The position numbers and the translations under genes are program-made. The notes beneath the pieces were generated by a model. The model was not told the DNA's origin, made no database searches, and saw only the letters and a list, made by a program, of their open reading frames with translations. From an uncultured bacterium (GTDB lineage: Bacteria; Verrucomicrobiota; Verrucomicrobiia; Verrucomicrobiales; DEV007), in NCBI GenBank assembly GCA_963977015.1, contig CAXBMO010000001.1:448001-512000 (forward strand): a DNA stretch of 64,000 nt. The letters run 5' to 3'. Shown here in pieces: positions 55,658 to 64,000 of the stretch; position 1 is the stretch's first letter; the number at the start of each line of letters is the position of its first letter.

Positions 55658-55921
55658 GCCACAGCATCTAGCGCCAAACCCGGTCCTTCGCAATTGCCAA
55701 GCGTAGGCTTGTCAGGGTTAGGGAGCGATTGAAAATGATGACGGACGCGCAAGTTGTTCCTCTTTTTTAAGATTGGCTTCGCGTGATTTTAAGATGCGGC
55801 GCTTTTTCCGTCAGAAAATGCTGTTCGGGGCTTTGTGAGAAGGCTCATCGCCGCCCCGAGCCATCATTCCCAGTCGAAAAAATCACTCGCAGCGCGTCTC
55901 GACCTCATGTTCAAACGCTCC

Positions 55922-57427
55922 CTAGTGCGCGCCGCTTTCCAGGTCGACCGGTTTGTAGCCGCCCCGGGATTTGAAGTAGAAAAAGAGCCCGATGTAACAG
56001 AGCAACATGAAAACCGGAAGAATCGCGATTCTGGCAAGAGTCGCCTTCTTTTGCGCTTCCTGAATCTCGGTTACGGCTGCCTGTTCTTCCTCGGTGGCCG
56101 CCGCCAACTTTTCCCCATTAATCGTGGGAGCTTCGAGCCCGAGAATCGCTTTCTCCGGCTCGCCGACGACTTTGGCGTGAATCGCCGGCTGCTTCGCGAG
56201 CAGATCGGCATCCACAGACTGATCCTGGACAAGGCCGATGAGCGGGGCGCCGATGATGCCCATGAAAAGGACACCTACAGCCGAAACGCCATTGAGGGTA
56301 AGCGCGCCACCTTTGGGGAAACGTTCGGCCACGATGCCGAGCGTCGTGGGCCAGAGGAAGGTTTTGCCAAATCCGTAAAGCGTGGCGGCCAGCAGGATGG
56401 TGATTCCAACCGCTTTGGAGAGAAAGATGAGTCCGCAAACGGCGAGCGCGGCGCTTGCCATGAGCAATCCAAGCGGGGAAAGCCGATGAACGATGGGGCC
56501 CGCACAGAATCGCAACACGGTCATGATGAGGGAGGTGTAAATTAGAACCCAACCGGCGTTGATGCCGAGTTTCGTCATTTCCGGCTCCATCAGCTCGGTG
56601 ATCCAGGTATCGGTGCCAAGCTCGGTTGTGGCAAGTGGGCCGATCGTCACCAGCATGATGAGGAAGATGGGAGCACCCGGGCTTTTCGTGTAGATGCCCA
56701 CGCCGATGACGGTTGCCGCAATGAGTGTCCAGACCACGGCCATGGGAAGATCAAAAACGCGCCCAATCTCATTGAAGAGGAGGTAGCCGATGATGAGGAA
56801 ACCCAGCACGCCGACTTCTTTGAGCATGTCGCGGTAGGGGACACCGGCGGCGACCCGCTCGTTGACCGGGAATTTACACGGCAGCGTGAGAATGGTGTAA
56901 AAGATGACGGGAACGAGGAGCAGCCCCATTTTGAGCTGCCAGGTCTGGTCCTTGAGGAAAATCGCGACAAGTCCGCCAATGACCAATCCCAACGGCCACC
57001 CGGCATGGAGAATATTGAGCCACTTCGTTTTCTGCTTCTTATACATCGTGGCGACGACGGGATTGATGTAGGCCTCAACCGTTCCATTCCCCAGGGCGAC
57101 CACGAAACTGCCAATCCAGAGCGCCCAATAGCCGTTCGCGAAAATGATGATAATGGTCGAAGCGATCTGGCAGAAAATGGCGAAAAAGGCGGCGGTCTTG
57201 TAGCCGATTTTATCGATGATGAGGCTGAAAACGACGATCGTGATCGCGAATGGCCAAAGCCCGGCTCCCAAAATCTGGCCTTTTTGTGTTTCCGACAGGT
57301 TGAACTCCGTCTGCCAGTCGCCAATGACCATACTGCGGACGGAAAAAACAAAGGAAGTGGCAACGAGGGCGACAAAACAGGCCCAAAAGAGCTTTTTGTC
57401 GGGAAGAGGTGCTTCGGTTTGAGACAT
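55922..57427 (-). CDS. MFS sugar-type transporter
   Basis: About 12 [33 protein letters not shown] and GGYKPV motifs. Confidence 0.9.
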   Translation of the reverse strand: MSQTEAPLPDKKLFWACFVALVATSFVFSVRSMVIGDWQTEFNLSETQKGQILGAGLWPFAITIVVFSLIIDKIGYKTAAFFAIFCQIASTIIIIFANGYWALWIGSFVVALGNGTVEAYINPVVATMYKKQKTKWLNILHAGWPLGLVIGGLVAIFLKDQTWQLKMGLLLVPVIFYTILTLPCKFPVNERVAAGVPYRDMLKEVGVLGFLIIGYLLFNEIGRVFDLPMAVVWTLIAATVIGVGIYTKSPGAPIFLIMLVTIGPLATTELGTDTWITELMEPEMTKLGINAGWVLIYTSLIMTVLRFCAGPIVHRLSPLGLLMASAALAVCGLIFLSKAVGITILLAATLYGFGKTFLWPTTLGIVAERFPKGGALTLNGVSAVGVLFMGIIGAPLIGLVQDQSVDADLLAKQPAIHAKVVGEPEKAILGLEAPTINGEKLAAATEEEQAAVTEIQEAQKKATLARIAILPVFMLLCYIGLFFYFKSRGGYKPVDLESGAH

Positions 57428-57676
57428 CGCAGAAGGTTTGTGGGATTGGAAGCCCGCATTGTTTCGAAAATGGAATTGAAATCAATGCTTTTGTCAGGAG
57501 CAATCCTATTCGGGCCTCTCAATCTTCGAATTCTGAAGTTCTCTCAAGGTTTTGAACTTGTCCTCGACGTTGAGTGTGTTAAGAAAGGCGACTTTTGCCC
57601 GTGTATCCCTCCCCACACGCGGGTAATCCAGCTAACTAACTTCTTTAGCATCCAACACGAAAAACCACCTTCACGA

Positions 57677-59308
57677 ATGATCAGTACGATGAAATCCGAC
57701 GGCATTACGGACAATGCCAGTCGACTACTTTGGGCCGGATTTACGGCGATTTTAGCCGCTGGGGTCGGCTTTGCCATCCGCGGCGGAATTTTTGACAACT
57801 GGGCCGACGAGTTTGGCTTCACCGGCTTGGAACTCGGCCAAATTGGAGGCGCGGGTTTCACCGGCTTCTGTTTTGGAATTATCATCGGGGGGGTCGTGGT
57901 CGACAAGATCGGTTACGGAAAGCTGGTCATCGCGGCGTTCGCGTTTCACGTGGCATCCGCCTTCATCACCTTTCTCGCGACAGGCGCACCCGATGGAGCT
58001 TCACCTGAAGAAGTTGCGGCAGCTCACCAATCCGGTTTCACATTCCTGAAATGGGGCATGTTCGTCTTCGCATTGGCGAATGGAACTTTGGAAGCCGTTG
58101 CCAACCCCTTGGTTGCGACGCTCTTTCCCACCAAGCGGACGCACTATCTCAACATCCTCCACGCCAGTTGGCCTGCAGGTTTGGTGCTTGGCGCCGCTGT
58201 CGGTTGGGTCCTCGACGAAGGTTTGGGGCTGAGCTGGAAGATGCAACTCGCACTCTACCTGATCCCCACCATCGCTTATGGTGTGATGTTCTTTGGCCAG
58301 AAGTATCCGAAATCTGAGGCCAGCGAAAAAGGCGTTGCCTACGGAGACATGTTCAAGGACGTCGGTCTCCTCGGTGGAGCGGTTGTGGCTTATCTCCTGG
58401 CTTTGTTCTGCCTCAAGACACTCGGCTTTCCTGATATCGCCGGATACGGCATTGGTTTCGTGATCCTGATTGCGATCGGGGTCATCACCAAGTTCTCGAT
58501 TGGCGCGATTCTGCTTTTCGTCCTCTTCGTGACGCACGCCTTGGTTGGTGCCGTTGAGTTGGGAACCGACCAATGGATGCAGAACATCACCGGGAATATT
58601 CTGAGCCCGGGTGAAGGCAAGGCGCTCTTCATCTGGACGTCGCTCGTGATGTTTGCCCTGCGATTCTGTGCGCATTTCATCGAAAGCCGCCTCAAGCTGT
58701 CGCCTGTCGGCATTCTTTTCGTCTGTGCGGTGCTGGCCTTCATTGGCTTGAACCTCACTGCAGCCGCCTCCGGATTCGCGATGGCGTTCATCGCTCTCAC
58801 GATCTACGGCGTCGGCAAGACGTTCTTCTGGCCAACCATGTTGGCTGTGACGGGAGACCGTTTCCCACGATCCGGTGCTGTTGCCATGTCGCTCATGGGT
58901 GGAATCGGAATGATGAGCGCAGGGCTCATTGGTTCTGAGGGATTGGGTTATGCCAAAGACCGTTTTGCCGGTGAGGAATTGAAAAAGGCAGATGCTGCTT
59001 TGTTCGAAGAATACAAGTCTGACAAGCCTTCGAAATGGCTTCCAATTCTCCCCGAGGCAACTGGACTCGATGGAACCAAACTGGGCGAAGCCAAGGGAGC
59101 CGAAGAGCGGACAGCTGCTCAGCAAACCGTGGTTGAAGCCGACATTCGCGGCGATCGCAAGACACTCCGCGCGGATGCGTTCATTCCGCTGACGATGGCT
59201 GCGGTCTACTTGTGCCTCCTCTTGTGGTTTAAGGCCCGTGGCGGTTACAAGCCGGTGAATATCGACGGTGAGGCGTTGACCGGTGGAGTTGAGGGACCTG
59301 TCGCCTAA
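57677..59308 (+). CDS. MFS sugar-type transporter (paralog of the divergent neighbour)
   Basis: [31 protein letters not shown] and GGYKPV motifs; start at 57677 or 57689. Confidence 0.9.
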   Translation: MISTMKSDGITDNASRLLWAGFTAILAAGVGFAIRGGIFDNWADEFGFTGLELGQIGGAGFTGFCFGIIIGGVVVDKIGYGKLVIAAFAFHVASAFITFLATGAPDGASPEEVAAAHQSGFTFLKWGMFVFALANGTLEAVANPLVATLFPTKRTHYLNILHASWPAGLVLGAAVGWVLDEGLGLSWKMQLALYLIPTIAYGVMFFGQKYPKSEASEKGVAYGDMFKDVGLLGGAVVAYLLALFCLKTLGFPDIAGYGIGFVILIAIGVITKFSIGAILLFVLFVTHALVGAVELGTDQWMQNITGNILSPGEGKALFIWTSLVMFALRFCAHFIESRLKLSPVGILFVCAVLAFIGLNLTAAASGFAMAFIALTIYGVGKTFFWPTMLAVTGDRFPRSGAVAMSLMGGIGMMSAGLIGSEGLGYAKDRFAGEELKKADAALFEEYKSDKPSKWLPILPEATGLDGTKLGEAKGAEERTAAQQTVVEADIRGDRKTLRADAFIPLTMAAVYLCLLLWFKARGGYKPVNIDGEALTGGVEGPVA

Positions 59309-59346
59309 CGGTGAACGGAACTGGAACTCAATGGTTCAAATCTCTG

Positions 59347-59382
59347 GAAGGGCAGCCCGCAAGGCTGCCCTTCTTTGGTTTT
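59347..59382 (+). terminator. Intrinsic terminator
   Basis: GAAGGGCAGCC-cgcaa-GGCTGCCCTTC perfect 11-bp stem followed by TTTGGTTTT. Confidence 0.8.
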
Positions 59383-59414
59383 AGGAAGTCTCCAAACTTA
59401 CAATCAACCATCGA

Positions 59415-60467
59415 ATGTTCGGTTTTCTCGACAGTCCCTGTAAACGCTGCAACCCGGCGGATCACAGCATCTATCGGGCTTATTTCTGTGGGGTATCGAC
59501 GCAGCTTGCGCGCGACTATGGTAACTGGGCGCGTTCCCTGACCAATCGCGACAGCACGTTTGTGTCGCTCTTGGGTGCGTCGTTGGAACCCGAAGAACCT
59601 CGACGCGAGTCGCTTACCTGCTGTAACCCATTGGCGAAAGAGAGGAATCTCTATAGCTGCGATCCTCATTCTCGCTACGCAGCCGCTGTTACCATCTGTG
59701 GGATTTGGACCAAGCTTCGGGACGATTCGATGGACGAAACCTGGCTGAGGCGCGGAGTAAGCCGGACCTTGATGGCGGCACTGGAGCGTTCGGTCGGAAA
59801 GGCGGAAGCGATTCTGATTTCTGGCGGATTTCCGGTCGAAACCGTGCATCAGGCGTTGGGTCGGCAGGAATCGGTCGAGTTGGATTCATCGAGGGATTGG
59901 GAAACGTGTTCGGAGCCGACCGCGGTAGCGTTTGGCAAAATTTTCGGGCATTCCGCAACTAGTGAATCAAACCCCAAATTGGAAGCTGCGGGCGCGTCCC
60001 TGGGGCGAATCATCTACATGCTGGACGCGGTGAAAGATCAGGAGACCGATCGAAGCCGGGGGCGTTTCAATCCATTGATCGAGTCGCGACGGACCATCGC
60101 CGAACTCTGGGATTGGCTGGGAGCCGAGTTGAAGCAGGTTGAGCAAGCTTTCAGCGCGATTTCCTTCTTTCGGAACGAGAGTCTACTGCAATCCATTCTA
60201 TTTGATGGCGTCGGAGCGAAAGTGGCTGCGGCAGGTCACGGGGTTGGGACAAGGGCTTCGTTTTCATCGGAGACCGCATCCAAAAGGAAGAAAAAGAGAA
60301 GGAAAAAGCGTTCTCCAGATCAGAAATCCCGTTGGTATGAAAGTTGTTGCGACCCGTGTCTGTGGTGCCCCGGAGATTGTGGCTGCGGTTCCGGAACAAG
60401 TTCAGCCGGAGACGGCTGTGGAGTGTGTGATTGCGGCGGATGCGATTCCTGTGGATGCGACTGCTGA
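59415..60467 (+). CDS. DUF5685-like protein with basic linker and Cys-rich tail
   Basis: MFGFL, YRAYFCGV...YG, N.DSTF, KLRDDSMDE and YMLDAVKD..TD...RFNPL motifs. Confidence 0.75.
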   Translation: MFGFLDSPCKRCNPADHSIYRAYFCGVSTQLARDYGNWARSLTNRDSTFVSLLGASLEPEEPRRESLTCCNPLAKERNLYSCDPHSRYAAAVTICGIWTKLRDDSMDETWLRRGVSRTLMAALERSVGKAEAILISGGFPVETVHQALGRQESVELDSSRDWETCSEPTAVAFGKIFGHSATSESNPKLEAAGASLGRIIYMLDAVKDQETDRSRGRFNPLIESRRTIAELWDWLGAELKQVEQAFSAISFFRNESLLQSILFDGVGAKVAAAGHGVGTRASFSSETASKRKKKRRKKRSPDQKSRWYESCCDPCLWCPGDCGCGSGTSSAGDGCGVCDCGGCDSCGCDC

Positions 60468-60582
60468 CAGTGCTCGACCTGATGGTTTTGAGAAACTCCA
60501 AGAGCTCAATTTCTCCTTGCAAGGCCGAACTCCCAAGAGAGATTGAGACTCAATCTCAAAGAAAAACACGCCCATCACTATC

Positions 60583-61191
60583 ATGTTTCGTTCGTTTGCC
60601 GTCCTTCTTCCGTTCCTCCTCATCGCTCAGTCCAACGCTGCTGAACTCGTGGCCGGAATGGTCGATTTTCCCAAAATCCAGCGCCACTACTATCGCACCG
60701 CGATGGAGCAGAAAGCCATCACCGAAAAGCGCGAAGAAGAAACGAAGAAGCTGGAGGAGACCCTGACCGAGAATCGCTCCAAGGTTGAGGAATTGCTCAC
60801 CGCGCAGAAAGAGGCGCAACAGCAACTGCAGGACCCAACCTTGTCCGACGCCAAGAAGCAGGAAACCCTCGAAGCGGCTCAAAAACGCGCGGCGGAGATC
60901 AACGAATTTCAAACCAAGGTCCAACAACAACAGTTGACCGCGCGAAATGCCCTGATTCAGCAGGCGGATCAAGCCAACGTCGCGCTCCTGACGGAGATCA
61001 ACGACGCCATTCGTTCCGTCGCCGAGGAGAACGCGGTCGATTTCGTGATGAACCGCACCTTCGGTGTCCGCGGGATCCCGACGTTCCCCTACGCTTCCGC
61101 CAAAAACATTCTCGACCTGACTGACGAGGTCATCGCGAAGCTGAATCAAAGCGCGCCGGAAGGCTGGGCGCCCGGGAAAGAAGGGGAGTAG
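60583..61191 (+). CDS. skp: OmpH/Skp periplasmic chaperone
   Basis: Signal peptide, AGMVDFPKI, long coiled-coil, AIRSVAEE..VDFV...DLTDEVIAKLN. Confidence 0.88.
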   Translation: MFRSFAVLLPFLLIAQSNAAELVAGMVDFPKIQRHYYRTAMEQKAITEKREEETKKLEETLTENRSKVEELLTAQKEAQQQLQDPTLSDAKKQETLEAAQKRAAEINEFQTKVQQQQLTARNALIQQADQANVALLTEINDAIRSVAEENAVDFVMNRTFGVRGIPTFPYASAKNILDLTDEVIAKLNQSAPEGWAPGKEGE

Positions 61192-61216
61192 GTAGCGGCC
61201 AAGCCGACTTGTTGCC

Positions 61217-62584
61217 TCAATCCCGAACCAGCTTTCTCACCGCCTCCAAATAGGTTGTCACGGATGGCCGCGGATTCCGGTCGTGCGATTTCTCGATGCG
61301 TTCGACGGCTTCTTGGTATTCGCCTTTCTCGACCGAAATGCGTCCGAGCTGGAGGTAGGCGTTGGCGGCGTGTTCCGGGAGCAGAGCGGCTTGTTCGAGA
61401 ACCATTTCGGCTTCGACGAGTTCCTTCCGGGTTTGGTGAAATCTCCCCAGTGTGATGATGGCCTGGCCGTCGAGTGGGTCGTTCTCGACCAGTTCGCGAA
61501 TCGTGGCGATGGCCTCGTCCTGGTCGCCGTTTTCGAAGGCGATCAGGGCTCCAATGCGGGTGAGTTCGGCGTCGTCGGCATTGGGGTAGGCAGCCAAAAT
61601 GAGGGCGTGAAGCTTTTCGGCTTTGTTCCAGTGTTCCCGGTCGCCCAGAAAGCGAAGGGCAGACACGATACTGGTTAGCGAGGGGAGGTTCTCGGGCTCT
61701 TTTAAGGCATTCGCATAGGCGTGAAGCGCGGCTGATGACAGATCGTTAGCGAGATAGAGATGACCCAGTGTCAAACGCTCGGAGGGGCCGCCCGCGCCAA
61801 ACGCCTCGAGGATTTCAAACGCACTGATGGCCGCCGTTTCGTCTTCGTTTTGCTGGAGGGCGTAGGCGAGATTTTTCCACACCATGGTATCGGTGGGATT
61901 CTGCTTCAGAATTTCGCGATAGAGAGCGATGGCGGCGACGGTTTGGTGGGTTTGCTGGAGGGCGACGGCTTCTCCCATCTTCCATTGCACTTCTTTGGGC
62001 ATGGAAATTTGGGCCAGCCGGTAGGATTGGAGGGAGGATTGGTAGTTTTCGTCGATCGCATGGCAATAGCCGAGCATTCCGAGCGTGAGACCGTCGCTCG
62101 CGCCGAGTTCGACGGCGCGGATCAGGTGTTTTTGGGCCTCCTCGTATTCTTCCAGTTCGATGAGGGAGATGGCGAGGTTGCGATGGGCGTCGCGGAAATT
62201 CGGGAATCTAGCGAAGGCGTTCCGGAACGTTTCAGCGGCGGATTCGGCTTCGCCCGCTTCAAATTGGAGGTTGGCGAGGGTGAAGAGCATCGCGGGGCTT
62301 TCCTGAGTGATGGAGGCGCCTTCGAACAAGGAGATGGCCGCATCGCGATCGCCCTTGGCCATGAGTTCTGCGGCATCGTTGAGGTATTCCTCCTCGTCAA
62401 CGGTGATGACCGGTTCGATGCGGGAGTCGATGCCATAGCTGCCCGTGAGGACCTTTTGAAATTCCTCGGATTTCCACAGGGGAGAGATTGGGAGGGGCGC
62501 GAGAGTCGGTTCGGCAAGGGACGTGGAAACGGGGATTACCCCGGCGATGCCAATGATGCGTAGCAATGAGAGAAGTCGGATCAT
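61217..62584 (-). CDS. Exported TPR protein associated with the TonB system
   Basis: Multiple TPR motifs (AHRNLA, LGMLGYC, WKNLAY, AYLQLG); signal peptide. Confidence 0.88.
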   Translation of the reverse strand: MIRLLSLLRIIGIAGVIPVSTSLAEPTLAPLPISPLWKSEEFQKVLTGSYGIDSRIEPVITVDEEEYLNDAAELMAKGDRDAAISLFEGASITQESPAMLFTLANLQFEAGEAESAAETFRNAFARFPNFRDAHRNLAISLIELEEYEEAQKHLIRAVELGASDGLTLGMLGYCHAIDENYQSSLQSYRLAQISMPKEVQWKMGEAVALQQTHQTVAAIALYREILKQNPTDTMVWKNLAYALQQNEDETAAISAFEILEAFGAGGPSERLTLGHLYLANDLSSAALHAYANALKEPENLPSLTSIVSALRFLGDREHWNKAEKLHALILAAYPNADDAELTRIGALIAFENGDQDEAIATIRELVENDPLDGQAIITLGRFHQTRKELVEAEMVLEQAALLPEHAANAYLQLGRISVEKGEYQEAVERIEKSHDRNPRPSVTTYLEAVRKLVRD

Positions 62585-62600
62585 TCTGATGGGAAGCGGG

Positions 62601-63293
62601 CTATTGAAGTTCAAGCGGCCATTGAAATTTGGCGGAGACGGAGCGTCCGTCTTTCTTGGGAGCTGTGAAACGGGCGCGGGCCGCGAAGGAACGGGCCATG
62701 CTGACAAATTCCGGGTGAGAGGAATCGATCACCCGCAAAACCGTGGGAACCCCGGTTGGGGAGATTTCGATTTCCAGGGTCACGCGCCCTTTGTTGATTC
62801 CCCGTTTGCGCATGGAGCTGGGGAAGGTGACTTGAGGTCGATTGAGAAGGCGTGGCTGGGAGTCGAGGTCGCGCAGGAAAAACGACATCCGTTCGCGTGA
62901 CTGATCTCGATTGGGTAGAAATTGGGCTGTGAGCATCTGCTTCGGCACGGCGAGCTCCATCGTGGCCTTGATGGCGGGAGCCGGGGAGTCAATCTGGATG
63001 TCGAGCTTTGGAAGTGGGGGCGCCTTCGGTGGGGGCGGAGGCGCGGATGGTGGCGGTGGCGGCGGAGGAGCCGGGATATCGACGGCGGAGGTTCCCTGCA
63101 AGGTGCGAATGGTCACTTCCGGTTCGATGCGACGCGTTTCCAGCCATCGGGTGAATACGAGAAACGCGATGAGCACGATGGTAAGGAATCCGGCCACGAG
63201 GAAGCGCAGGGATTCCCGCAGGGCGTTTCCGGAGCGGCGGGAGGTTTGTTCCCGGGTGGAGGTAAAGGTTGAGGCTGAGGATGGGGGAATCAT
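62601..63293 (-). CDS. tonB: Energy transducer TonB
   Basis: TM, poly-Pro linker, TonB_C domain (FPSSMRKRGI..GRV...FTAPKKDG). Confidence 0.9.
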   Translation of the reverse strand: MIPPSSASTFTSTREQTSRRSGNALRESLRFLVAGFLTIVLIAFLVFTRWLETRRIEPEVTIRTLQGTSAVDIPAPPPPPPPSAPPPPPKAPPLPKLDIQIDSPAPAIKATMELAVPKQMLTAQFLPNRDQSRERMSFFLRDLDSQPRLLNRPQVTFPSSMRKRGINKGRVTLEIEISPTGVPTVLRVIDSSHPEFVSMARSFAARARFTAPKKDGRSVSAKFQWPLELQ

Positions 63294-63707
63294 TCACTCA
63301 CGAATGGTGGAGACAAAGACCTGGTGGGCGCCAGCAAGTTTGGCTTCGTCCATCACTTGGACCGTGGTTTCGGTCGGGGTTTGTTGATCGGCTTGGATGA
63401 TGATGGGCATCTCTCCGTCGCGAATGAGTCGACCGACGACGGAACGGACCCCGGCAACACCGATTTCGCGACCGCCGTAGTGGACGGTGCCGCTGGAGCT
63501 GATGCCGATGAGGATGCTGTTTTTCTCCAGATCCTGTTGGCTCGCGGCGCGTGGTTTGTTGATTTCGATCCCCGTTTCCTCGACGAAAACCGTCGTGACG
63601 ATGAAGAAAATCAAGAGGATGAACACCACGTCGATGAGGGGCGAAATGTTGATCTCGCTGGTTTCATTTTCCGGCGGCTGGTTTTGAAATCGGGAAAAGT
63701 GACTCAT
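63294..63707 (-). CDS. exbD: Biopolymer transport protein ExbD
   Basis: EINISPLIDVVFILLIFFIVTT and IIQAD motifs. Confidence 0.95.
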   Translation of the reverse strand: MSHFSRFQNQPPENETSEINISPLIDVVFILLIFFIVTTVFVEETGIEINKPRAASQQDLEKNSILIGISSSGTVHYGGREIGVAGVRSVVGRLIRDGEMPIIIQADQQTPTETTVQVMDEAKLAGAHQVFVSTIRE

Positions 63708-64000
63708 GCGCGACGGGAACGGAGGTTGCGATGACGGTGGTTCAGCACCGTGCAGAGGATGAGGGTGGGGACCGCGATGATAAGGCCGGTTTGGGTGGTG
63801 ATGAGCGCTTCGGAAATCCCTCCCGAAATCGCGTCAATCGGAGCCGAGCCGCTACCGGATCGCGCCAGCCCGGAAAAGGTTTTCAGCATTCCCGCGACGG
63901 TCCCCAACAAGCCGATCAGGGGCGCGGCGCCGATGAGAACAAAGCAAAATTCGATGCGGCGTTTGATCCTGGCGTGATCGATTTCGTGGTTCCTTCCGGA
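63704..64000 (-). CDS. exbB: MotA/TolQ/ExbB proton channel protein (5'-truncated by the window edge)
   Basis: AAPLIGLLGTVAGM and GISEALITTQTGL motifs; ATGA overlap with exbD. Confidence 0.92.
   Translation of the reverse strand, partial: SGRNHEIDHARIKRRIEFCFVLIGAAPLIGLLGTVAGMLKTFSGLARSGSGSAPIDAISGGISEALITTQTGLIIAVPTLILCTVLNHRHRNLRSRRA

Noticed and set aside
53900-55732. 610-aa plus-strand ORF, and similar long antisense ORFs (e.g. 13581-14627, 33796-35049, 41680-42825, 50843-52243)
   Set aside because: They are shadows of well-supported genes on the opposite strand, with no recognisable motifs; expected in GC-rich coding DNA.
57005-57676. N-terminal 224 aa of the 767-aa ORF, suggesting overlapping MFS genes
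   Set aside because: MFS similarity begins near 57677; the extension is antisense read-through of the neighbouring gene.
61217-64000. exbB-exbD-tonB-TPR cluster as a novel system
   Set aside because: A well-known TonB operon arrangement.

Overview
A gene-dense chromosomal segment of about 57 CDS from a bacterium whose gene content (two type I sulfatases, DUF1080, a glucose/sorbosone dehydrogenase-cytochrome c fusion, CbiX/DR2241 pair, SD-poor starts) suggests the PVC superphylum, most likely Verrucomicrobiota (inference). I found no rRNA, tRNA, CRISPR, integrase or IS. Most genes are housekeeping or carbohydrate-related (amt, rlpA, ribB, ppk1, ABC-F, lsrF, thiH, thrH, plsY, polX, skp, exbB-exbD-tonB-TPR). 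The best candidate for an undescribed system is an envelope operon at 122-5781. It has a 1320-aa protein with about 9 tandem ~120-aa BON-pair-like repeats and a C-terminal OmpA-like domain, two mutually paralogous small TM/coiled-coil proteins, and a secreted NHL beta-propeller; the layout resembles a greatly expanded mycobacterial arfABC. Also notable: several full-length but catalytically degenerate proteins (ATP-site-less hybrid kinase, S41 pseudo-protease coupled to a di-haem beta-propeller, XdhA-like protein without Fe-S/FAD motifs, NtrC-like regulator without GAFTGA, TolC-like protein missing barrel strands). In addition there is a LEA-like 11-mer repeat domain fused in frame to a sugar isomerase, a Zn-motif-less ROK kinase directly upstream of ppk1, and many near-leaderless promoters. 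All family assignments are by motif recognition by eye; no searches were run.
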